A DNA stretch of 64,000 nt from contig CM082593.2 in assembly GCA_040954595.2 (NCBI GenBank), positions 3,117,434 to 3,181,433 on the forward strand, read 5' to 3'. This DNA is from Balanoglossus misakiensis (lineage: Eukaryota > Animalia > Hemichordata). Shown here piece after piece: positions 23,701 through 35,700 of the stretch. Positions within the stretch are counted from its first letter, which is position 1. Each line of letters starts with the position of its first letter. Position numbers and translations under genes: made by a program. Under the pieces are notes generated by a model, which was given only the letters and a program-made list of their open reading frames with translations, was not told the origin of the DNA and searched no databases.

Positions 23701-26700
23701 GAAAATCATCCAGAAATGTCAATTTTTCGACTTCGCGAATTTTCAAAATTTGGTGGTTTTTCGACAAAAACCATGGGTTACAGCCCATGAAAATCATCCA
23801 GAAATGTCAATTTTTCGACTTCGCGAATTTTCAAAATTTGGTGGTTTTTCGACAAAAACCATGGGTTATAGCCCATGAAAATCATCCAGAAATGTCAATT
23901 TTTCGACTTTGCGAATTTTCAAAATTTGGTGGTTTTTCGACAAAAACCATGGGTTATAGCCCATGAAAATCATCCAGAAATGTCAATTTTTCGACTTCGC
24001 GAATTTTCAAAATTTGGTGGTTTTTCGACAAAAACCATGGGTTATAGCCCATGAAAATCATCCAGAAATGTCAATTTTTCGACTTCGCGAATTTTCAAAA
24101 TTTGGTGGTTTTTCGACAAAAACCATGGGTTATAGCCCATGAAAATCATCCAGAAATGTCAATTTTTCGACTTCGCGAATTTTCAAAATTTGGTGGTTTT
24201 TCGACAAAAAACATGGGTTATAGCCCATGAAAATCATCCAGAAATGTCAATTTTTCGACTTCGCGAATTTTCAAAATTTGGTGGTTTTTCGACAAAAATC
24301 ATGGGTTATAGCCCATGAAAATCATCCAGTAATGTCAATTTTTCGACTTCGCGAATTTTCAAAATTTGGTGGTTTTTCGACAAAAACCATGGGTTATAGC
24401 CCATGAAAATCATCCAGAAATGTCAATTTTTCGACTTCGCGAATTTTCAAAATTTGGTGGTTTTTCGACAAAAACCATGGGTTATAGCCCATGAAAATCA
24501 TCCAGAAATGTCAATTTTTCGACTTCGCGAATTTTCAAAATTTGGTGGTTTTTCGACAAAAACCATGGGTTATAGCCCATGAAAATCATCCAGAAATGTC
24601 AATTTTTCGACTTCGCGAATTTTCAAAATTTGGTGGTTTTTCGACAAAAGCATGGGTTATAGCCCATGAAAATCATCCAGAAATGTCAATTTTTCGACTT
24701 CGCGAATTTTCAAAATTTGGTGGTTTTTCGACAAAAACCATGGGTTATAGCCCATGAAAATCATCCAGAAATGTCAATTTTTCGACTTCGCGAATTTTCA
24801 AAATTTGGTGGTTTTTCGACAAAAACCATGGGTTATAGCCCATGAAAATCATCCAGAAATGTCAATTTTTCGACTTCGCGAATTTTCAAAATTTGGTGGT
24901 TTTTCGACAAAAACCATGGGTTATAGCCCATGAAAATCATCCAGAAATGTCAATTTTTCGACTTCGCGAATTTTCAAAATTTGGTGGTTTTTCGACAAAA
25001 ACCATGGGTTATAGCCCATGAAAATCATCCAGAAATGTCAATTTTTCGACTTCGCGAATTTTCAAAATTTGGTGGTTTTTCGACAAAAACCATGGGTTAT
25101 AGCCCATGAAAATCATCCAGAAATGTCAATTTTTCGACTTCGCGAATTTTCAAAATTTGGTGGTTTTTCGACAAAAACCATGGGTTATAGCCCATGAAAA
25201 TCATCCAGAAATGTCAATTTTTCGACTTCGCGAATTTTCAAAATTTGGTGGTTTTTCGACAAAAACCATGGGTTATAGCCCATGAAAATCATCCAGAAAT
25301 GTCAATTTTTCGACTTCGCGAATTTTCAAAATTTGGTGGTTTTTCGACAAAAACCATGGGTTATAGCCCATGAAAATCATCCAGAAATGTCAATTTTTCG
25401 ACTTCGCGAATTTTCAAAATTTGGTGGTTTTTCGACAAAAACCATGGGTTATAGCCCATGAAAATCATCCAGAAATGTCAATTTTTCGACTTCGCGAATT
25501 TTCAAAATTTGGTGGTTTTTCGACAAAAAACATGGGTTATAGCCCATGAAAATCATCCAGAAATGTCAATTTTTCGACTTCGCGAATTTTCAAAATTTGG
25601 TGGTTTTTCGACAAAAACCATGGGTTATAGCCCATGAAAATCATCCAGAAATGTCAATTTTTCGACTTCGCGAATTTTCAAAATTTGGTGGTTTTTCGAC
25701 AAAAACCATGGGTTATAGCCCATGAAAATCATCCAGAAATGTCAATTTTTCGACTTCGCGAATTTTCAAAATTTGGTGGTTTTTCGACAAAAACCATGGG
25801 TTATAGCCCATGAAAATCATCCAGAAATGTCAATTTTTCGACTTCGCGAATTTTCAAAATTTGGTGGTTTTTCGACAAAAACCATGGGTTATAGCCCATG
25901 AAAATCATCCAGAAATGTCAATTTTTCGACTTCGCGAATTTTCAAAATTTGGTGGTTTTTCGACAAAAACCATGGGTTATAGCCCATGAAAATCATCCAG
26001 AAATGTCAATTTTTCGACTTCGCGAATTTTCAAAATTTGGTGGTTTTTCGACAAAAACCATGGGTTATAGCCCATGAAAATCATCCAGAAATGTCAATTT
26101 TTCGACTTCGAGAATTTTCAAAATTTGGTGGTTTTTCGACAAAAACCATGGGTTATAGCCCATGAAAATCATCCAGAAATGTCAATTTTTCGACTTCGCG
26201 AATTTTCAAAATTTGTTGGTTTTTCGACAAAAACCATGGGTTATAGCCCATGAAAATCATCCAGAAATGTCAATTTTTCGACTTCGCGAATTTTCAAAAT
26301 TTGGTGGTTTTGCGACAAAAACCATGGGTTATAGCCCATGAAAATCATCCAGAAATGTCAATTTTTCGACTTCGCGAATTTTCAAAATTTGGTGGTTTTT
26401 CGACAAAAACCATGGGTTATAGCCCATGAAAATCATCCAGAAATGTCAATTTTTCGACTTCGCGAATTTTCAAAATTTGGTGGTTTTTCGACAAAAACCA
26501 TGGGTTATAGCCCATGAAAATCATCCAGAAATGTCAATTTTTTGAGTTCGCGAATTTTCAAAATTTGGTGGTTTTTCGACAAAAACCATGGGTTATAGCC
26601 CATGAAAATCATCCAGAAATGTCAATTTTTCGACTTCGCGAATTTTCAAAATTTGGTGGTTTTTCGACAAAAACCATGGGTTATAGCCCATGAAAATCAT

Positions 26701-29700
26701 CCAGAAATGTCAATTTTTCGACTTCGCGAATTTTCAAAATTTGGTGGTTTTTCGACAAAAACCATGGGTTATAGCCCATGAAAATCATCCAGAAATGTCA
26801 ATTTTTCGACTTCGCGAATTTTCAAAATTTGGTGGTTTTTCGACAAAAACCATGGGTTATAGCCCATGAAAATCATCCAGAAATGTCAATTTTTCGACTT
26901 CGCGAATTTTCAAAATTTGGTGGTTTTTCGACAAAAACCATGGGTTATAGCCCATGAAAATCATCCAGAAATGTCAATTTTTCGACTTCGCGAATTTTCA
27001 AAATTTGGTGGTTTTTCGACAAAAACCATGGGTTATAGCCCATGAAAATCATCCAGAAATGTCAATTTTTCGACTTCGAGAATTTTCAAAATTTGGTGGT
27101 TTTTCGACAAAAACCATGGGTTATAGCCCATGAAAATCATCCAGAAATGTCAATTTTTAGACTTCGCGAATTTTCAAAATTTGGTGGTTTTTCGACAAAA
27201 AACATGGGTTATAGCCCATGAAAATCATCCAGAAATGTCAATTTTTCGACTTCGCGAATTTTCAAAATTTGGTGGTTTTTCGACGAAAACCATGGGTTAT
27301 AGCCCATGAAAATCATCCAGAAATGTCAATTTTTCGACTTCGCGAATTTTCAAAATTTGGTGGTTTTTCGACAAAAACCATGAGTTATAGCCCATGAAAA
27401 TCATCCAGAAATGTCAATTTTTCGACTTCGCGAATTTTCAAAATTTGGCGGTTTTTCGACAAAAACCATGGGTTATAGCCCATGAAAATCATCCAGAAAT
27501 GTCAATTTTTCGACTTCGCGAATTTTCAAAATTTGGTGGTTTTTCGACAAAAACCATGGGTTATAGCCCATGAAAATCATCCAGAAATGTCAATTTTTCG
27601 ACTTCGCGAATTTTCAAAATTTGGTGGTTTTTCGACGAAAACCATGGGTTATAGCCCATGAAAATCATCCAGAAATGTCAATTTTTCGACTTCGCGAATT
27701 TTCAAAATTTGGTGGTTTTTCCACAAAAACCATGAGTTATAGCCCATGAAAATCATCCAGAAATGTCAATTTTTCGACTTCGCGAATTTTCAAAATTTGG
27801 TGGTTTTTCGACAAAAACCATGGGTTATAGCCCATGAAAATCATCCAGAAATGTCAATTTTTCGACTTCGCGAATTTTCAAAATTTGGTGGTTTTTCGAC
27901 AAAAACCATGGGTTATAGCCCATGAAAATCATCCAGAAATGTCAATTTTTCGACTTCGCGAATTTTCAAAATTTGGTGGTTTTTCGACAAAAACCATGGG
28001 TTATAGCCCATGAAAATCATCCAGAAATGTCAATTTTTCGACTTCGCGAATTTTTAAAATTTGGTGGTTTTTCGACAAAAACCATGGGTTATAGCCCATG
28101 AAAATCATCCAGAAATGTCAATTTTTCGACTTCGCGAATTTTCAAAATTTGGTGGTTTTTCGACAAAAACCATGGGTTATAGCCCATGAAAATCATCCAG
28201 AAATGTCAATTTTTCGACTTCGCGAATTTTCAAAATTTGGTGGTTTTTCGACAAAAACCATGGGTTATAGCCCATGAAAATCATCCAGAAATGTCAATTT
28301 TTCGACTTCGCGAATTTTCAAAATTTGGTGGTTTTTCGACAAAAACCATGGGTTATAGCCCATAAAAATCATCCAGAAATGTCAATTTTTCGACTTCGCG
28401 AATTTTTAAAATTTGGTGGTTTTTGACAAAAACCATGGGTTATAGCCCATGAAAATCATCCAGAAATGTCAATTTTTCGACTTCGCGAATTTTCAAAATT
28501 TGGTGGTTTTTCGACAAAAACCATGGGTTATAGCCCATGAAAATCATCCAGAAATGTCAATTTTTCGACTTCGCGAATTTTCAAAATTTGGTGGTTTTTC
28601 GACAAAAACCATGGGTTATAGCCCATGAAAATCATCCAGAAATGTCAATTTTTCGACTTCGCGAATTTTCAAAATTTGGTGGTTTTTCGACAAAAACCAT
28701 GGGTTATAGCCCATGAAAATCATCCAGAAATGTCAATTTTTCGACTTCGCGAATTTTCAAAATTTGGTGGTTTTTCGACAAAAACCATGGGTTATAGCCC
28801 ATGAAAATCATCCAGAAATGTCAATTTTTCGACTTCGCGAATTTTTAAAATTTGGTGGTTTTTGACAAAAACCATGGGTTATAGCCCATGAAAATCATCC
28901 AGAAATGTCAATTTTTCGACTTCGCGAATTTTCAAAATTTGGTGGTTTTTCGACAAAAACCATGGGTTATAGCCCATGAAAATCATCCAGAAATGTCAAT
29001 TTTTCGACTTCGCGAATTTTCAAAATTTGGTGGTTTTTCGACAAAAACCATGGGTTATAGCCCATGAAAATCATCCAGAAATGTCAATTTTTATACTTCG
29101 CGAATTTTCAAAATTTGGTGGTTTTTCGACGAAAACCATGGGTTATAGCCCATGAAAATCATCCAAAAATGTTAATTTTTCGACTTCGCGAATTTTCAAA
29201 ATTTGGTGGTTTTTCGACAAAAACCATGGGTTATAGCCCATGAAAATCATCCAGAAATGTCAATTTTTCGACTTCGCGAATTTTCAAAATTTGGTGGTTT
29301 TTCGACAAAAACCATGGGTTATAGCCCATGAAAATCATCCAGAAATGTCAATTTTTCGACTTCGCGAATTTTCAAAATTTGGTGGTTTTTCGACAAAAAC
29401 CATGGGTTATAGCCCATGAAAATCATCCAGAAATGTCAATTTTTCGACTTCGCGAATTTTCAAAATTTGGTGGTTTTTCGACAAAAACCATGGGTTATAG
29501 CCCATGAAAATCATCCAGAAATGTCAATTTTTCGACTTCGCGAATTTTTAAAATTTGGTGGTTTTTGACAAAAACCATGGGTTATAGCCCATGAAAATCA
29601 TCCAGAAATGTCAATTTTTCGACTTCGCGAATTTTCAAAATTTGGTGGTTTTTCGACAAAAACCATGGGTTATAGCCCATGAAAATCATCCAGAAATGTC

Positions 29701-32700
29701 AATTTTTCGACTTCGCGAATTTTCAAAATTTGGTGGTTTTTCGACGAAAACCATGGGTTATAGCCCATGAAAATCATCCAGAAATGTCAATTTTTCGACT
29801 TCGCGAATTTTCAAAATTTGGTGGTTTTTCGACAAAAACCATGGGTTATAGCCCATGAAAATCATCCAGAAATGTCAATTTTTCGACTTCGCAAATTTTT
29901 AAAATTTGGTGGTTTTTGACAAAAACCATGGGTTATAGCCCATGAAAATCATCCAGAAATGTCAATTTTTCGACTTCGCGAATTTTCAAAATTTGGTGGT
30001 TTTTCGACAAAAACCATGGGTTATAGCCCATGAAAATCATCCAGAAATGTCAATTTTTCGACTTCGCGAATTTTCAAAATTTGTTGGTTTTTCGACAAAA
30101 ACCATGGGTTATAGCCCATGAAAATCATCCAGAAATGTCAATTTTTAGACTTCGCGAATTTTCAAAATTTGGTGGTTTTTCGACGAAAACCATGGGTTAT
30201 AGCCCATGAAAATCATCCAGAAATGTCAATTTTTCGACTTCGCGAATTTTCAAAATTTGGTGGTTTTTCGACAAAAACCATGGGTTATAGCCCATGAAAA
30301 TCATCCAGAAATGTCAATTTTTCGACTTCGCGAATTTTCAAAATTTGGTGGTTTTTCGACAAAAACCATGGGTTATAGCCCATGAAAATCATCCAGAAAT
30401 GTCAATTTTTCGACTTCGCGAATTTTCAAAATTTGGTGGTTTTTCGACAAAAACCATGGGTTATAGCCCATGAAAATCATCCAGAAATGTCAATTTTTCG
30501 ACTTCGCGAATTTTCAAAATTTGGTGGTTTTTCGACAAAAACCATGGGTTATAGCCCATGAAAATCATCCAGAAATGTCAATTTTTCGACTTCGCGAATT
30601 TTTAAAATTTGGTGGTTTTTGACAAAAACCATGGGTTATAGCCCATGAAAATCATCCAGAAATGTCAATTTTTCGACTTCGCGAATTTTCAAAATTTGGT
30701 GGTTTTTCGACAAAAACCATGGGTTATAGCCCATGAAAATCATCCAGAAATGTCAATTTTTCGACTTCGCGAATTTTCAAAATTTGGTGGTTTTTCGACG
30801 AAAACCATGGGTTATAGCCCATGAAAATCATCCAGAAATGTCAATTTTTCGACTTCGCGAATTTTCAAAATTTGGTGGTTTTTCGACAAAAACCATGGGT
30901 TATAGCCCATGAAAATCATCCAGAAATGTCAATTTTTCGACTTCGCGAATTTTCAAAATTTGGTGGTTTTTCGACAAAAACCATGGGTTATAGCCCATGA
31001 AAATCATCCAGAAATGTCAATTTTTCGACTTCGCGAATTTTCAAAATTTGGTGGTTTTTCGACAAAAACCATGGGTTATAGCCCATGAAAATCATCCAGA
31101 AATGTCAATTTTTCGACTTCGCGAATTTTCAAAATTTGGTGGTTTTTCGACAAAAACCATGGGTTATAGCCCATGAAAATCATCCAGAAATGTCAATTTT
31201 TCGACTTCGCGAATTTTCAAAATTTGTTGGTTTTTCGACAAAAACCATGGGTTATAGCCCATGAAAATCATCCAGAAATGTCAATTTTTAGACTTCGCGA
31301 ATTTTCAAAATTTGGTGGTTTTTCGACGAAAACCATGGGTTATAGCCCATGAAAATCATCCAGAAATGTCAATTTTTCGACTTCGCGAATTTTCAAAATT
31401 TGGTGGTTTTTCGACAAAAACCATGGGTTATAGCCCATGAAAATCATCCAGAAATGTCAATTTTTCGACTTCGCGAATTTTCAAAATTTGGTGGTTTTTC
31501 GACAAAAACCATGGGTTATAGCCCATGAAAATCATCCAGAAATGTCAATTTTTCGACTTCGCGAATTTTCAAAATTTGGTGGTTTTTCGACAAAAACCAT
31601 GGGTTATAGCCCATGAAAATCATCCAGAAATGTCAATTTTTCGACTTCGCGAATTTTCAAAATTTGGTGGTTTTTCGACAAAAACCATGGGTTATAGCCC
31701 ATGAAAATCATCCAGAAATGTCAATTTTTCGACTTCGCGAATTTTTAAAATTTGGTGGTTTTTGACAAAAACCATGGGTTATAGCCCATGAAAATCATCC
31801 AGAAATGTCAATTTTTCGACTTCGCGAATTTTCAAAATTTGGTGGTTTTTCGACAAAAACCATGGGTTATAGCCCATGAAAATCATCCAGAAATGTCAAT
31901 TTTTCGACTTCGCGAATTTTCAAAATTTTGTGGTTTTTCGACGAAAACCATGAGTTATAGCCCATGAAAATCATCCAGAAATGTCAATTTTTCGACTTCG
32001 CGAATTTTCAAAATTTGGTGGTTTTTCGACAAAAACCATGGGTTATAGCTCACGAAAATCATCCAGAAATGTCAATTTTTCGACTTCGCGAATTTTCAAA
32101 ATTTGGTGGTTTTTCGACAAAAACCATGGGTTATAGCCCATGAAAATCATCCAGAAATGTCAATTTTTCGACTTCGCGAATTTTCAAAATTTGTTGGTTT
32201 TTCGACAAAAACCATGGGTTATAGCCCATGAAAATCATCCAGAAATGTCAATTTTTAGACTTCGCGAATTTTCAAAATTTGGTGGTTTTTCGACGAAAAC
32301 CATGGGTTATAGCCCATGAAAATCATCCAGAAATGTCAATTTTTCGACTTCGCGAATTTTCAAAATTTGGTGGTTTTTCGACAAAAACCATGGGTTATAG
32401 CCCATGAAAATCATCCAGAAATGTCAATTTTTCGACTTCGCGAATTTTCAAAATTTGGTGGTTTTTCGACAAAAACCATGGGTTATAGCCCATGAAAATC
32501 ATCCAGAAATGTCAATTTTTCGACTTCGCGAATTTTCAAAATTTGGTGGTTTTTCGACAAAAACCATGGGTTATAGCCCATGAAAATCATCCAGAAATGT
32601 CAATTTTTCGACTTCGCGAATTTTCAAAATTTGGTGGTTTTTCGACAAAAACCATGGGTTATAGCCCATGAAAATCATCCAGAAATGTCAATTTTTCGAC

Positions 32701-35700
32701 TTCGCGAATTTTTAAAATTTGGTGGTTTTTGACAAAAACCATGGGTTATAGCCCATGAAAATCATCCAGAAATGTCAATTTTTCGACTTCGCGGATTTTC
32801 AAAATTTGGTGATTTTTTGATAAAAACCATGGGTTATAGCTCATGCATGATTTTTTCAAAAATCGGCCAAATTTCGAAATTCCGCAAAGTCGAAAAATTC
32901 CCATTTTTGGATGATTTTCATGGGCTATAACCCATTATTTTTTTTAAAAATCGGCCAAGTTTCGAAATTCCGCAAAGTCGAAAAATTCCCATTTTTGGAT
33001 GATTTTCATGAGCTATAACCCATGAAAAATGTCCAGAAATGACAAAAACACCAAAATTAGCAAAGTCGGAAAGTGGTCGAATTTTAACAATGTTCATGAA
33101 AAATGTCCAGAAATGACAAAAACACCAAAATCCGCGAAATTAAATGGTGCTCCCTATATTATGAAACGCACTTGCTAGTAATCATTCCTGAACTTTTCCT
33201 GTGCGTGTAGGTAGTGGAGTCGGTTACCAATGTGAATTTGGAAATGACACGTGTGGCCTGACTAACGAAGATGGCAAGTGGGTTCGTAATCAAGGACCCA
33301 CGCCAACACAAAATACGGGTCCTTCCAGCGACCATTCCAATGACGGTAAGCAATCTATGACGTAGAGCACAATATATTCTTTCGTCACAAAATGTGCATA
33401 TACATTAAAAATTGAAGGTACAAATTTTAATGTATATTGTATATATGCAGGTTACTATGTTTTCATGAACGCTGCAGTAGTGGGAAATAAAGGAACGGCC
33501 TCAATGCTTACTGAGATCTACAGTCCAACCAGCAACAGCTGTTTGAGATTCTGGTACTACATGTCGGGCAAAGATTGTGGACATTTGACAGTCAACATGA
33601 AAGAGCAGAGTGGAAGTGTCACGACTGTCTGGTCCCGTTGGTTTGATCAAGGTGATCACTGGCTACAAGCCCAGGCTAACTTGATCGCCAAAGAATCCTA
33701 CCAGGTATATCAGGGTTTTGGATTACAATAATAATAACGTTTCTATTGGCGTATTTGTGTCGGTCAATGTCAATAGGCTATGAAGGTAATATTGGTCCGT
33801 GACATATTAAGGCCAACTAATAGACGGAGATGAAAAGACATATTCTATTCTGATGAAGCTATATGGTAGTAAACTGTTCTGTACGTGGAAAGATATTGAC
33901 GTTATTAATCGATTGCATTGCACCATTTAGATTGAATTCTACGGAATCCACGACATATCATACAAAAGTTTTGAAGGTGACCTTGCCCTAGATGACATTA
34001 GCATCGACAGCGGCTCGTGTGAAGAAATAGGGGACTGTAACTTTGAAAGTGGTGGCACTTGTTCATGGACTAACGATGCTGCGAATGACTTTGATTGGTC
34101 CAGAAAGAAGGCGGGGGAGACAACAGCGACTGGAGGACCAACCAAAGACCATACCTTGGAATCTGAAGACGGTAATACACATGCACACTTAAATGTCATA
34201 TCCTGTGTTATACCTATTGAAAAGTATCAATTGCTATATTATGTGCGATGTTCAATATTTCCCATCTCGTATCTAGGCTACGTCATGTACTTGGATGTTG
34301 ACGGATCTACCGGAAGTGGCAAAAAGTCACGTCTATTGAGTCAACAGATGGTGTCCACTGACGTCAACGGGAGATGTATGCATTTCTGGTGGGTTATTTT
34401 TGATACTTTGAAGCTACATGTAATTTTGGCTGCATGGGCTAGGTATTCACACATTTTTGGCATGAGTCTATACATCCAACTGGAAGTATGAAATGAAGGT
34501 TAAATTTAAATCTTAGTTTGCATATATATTTGTAAACAACACAGGTACTACATATCAGGATCACCGGGTATACTAACCATTTTTGTAGACTACGGTTCAA
34601 CATTCCCGGGTGTTCAGCAATACTGGAAATTACCAGCAAGTTCAACAGATGATTGGACGAGAGGTTTTGTACCAGTAAACAGTGAAGTCGACTACAAGGT
34701 ATAGTACTTTAACGAAAACAAAATTCCCCTCCTCCTCCCTGAGTGCACGCCTCTTCCGCTTTTAATGGCGTAATTATTTTGCCACTTATATTTGCTTCAA
34801 GGTAATCATTGAAATACTTACGGTGAATGAAGGAACCGGCGTCGTTGTCATCGATGACGTCAGGTTTACCACTGGCTGGTGTCGTATATCGCCATCATCT
34901 GCCTATCCCCCTGCAGATCCACAACCAAGACCGACACCGCGCCAACACGGTATGCTAAAATTTTCTTTTATCATACCCATTCCATATGTGTGTGAGCTAG
35001 GGGTTCATGGTTATCTAATTAGAATGATCTTGTTGATATGCTGAGTTTGACCATTTCTGGAACATATGCATCCACTTCACAATCACCGATTTCTACCGAT
35101 TTGGATTGGGTATCTCAATAGAACCAACCTCCCACGACTGTGACTTCCAATCCGGATCACTGTGTTCATGGAGTCAGCCTACTGACGACGATTTTGATTG
35201 GACTGTGGTTCAAGCTAAAAACAACGCTGGGCATGGACCAATCATTGACGCTTCGGAAGGGACAGGTTAGATTTCTTTCACAGTATACATCTGATGCGGT
35301 GTATTAATATTTTACAAATAACACGCTTGGATTCTTAAACTGCAATTCTCATGTTTTCTGAAGCAATTTGCAAAATGTCAGTGCAGTGTTATAGAATTTA
35401 TCGAGATTTTCATCACAGGTAATGGGTGGTACATTTACATTGAAAGCGAGAGCCAGACTGGTACAGCCCAACTTGTAAGTGACGTCATATCAGCTAGTGG
35501 CCAATCCTGTGTCACCTTCTGGTATCACATGTACGGCTCACACCCAAACAAACTAAGCATTTACACGGAATCTGAGGGGAACACGTCCGCTCTTCCAATA
35601 TGGCGGCGCGAAGGAGGAGAAAGTGACGAATGGGCGTATGGTTCTGTCGCTCTTTCTTCGCCCGATGATTACAAGGTTAGCTTATCATTTACCCGCTGTT

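Noticed and set aside
13417-32845. CENP-B box in the satellite monomer
   Set aside because: TTCG is present, but the required nTTCGnnnnAnnCGGGn pattern is not.
6585-33160. Whole repeat complex as cargo of a TIR transposon (ttaagg at ~6587; aaattaaatggtgctcccta at ~33137)
   Set aside because: I could not find matching terminal inverted repeats or a TSD by eye; a repeat-library search would be needed.
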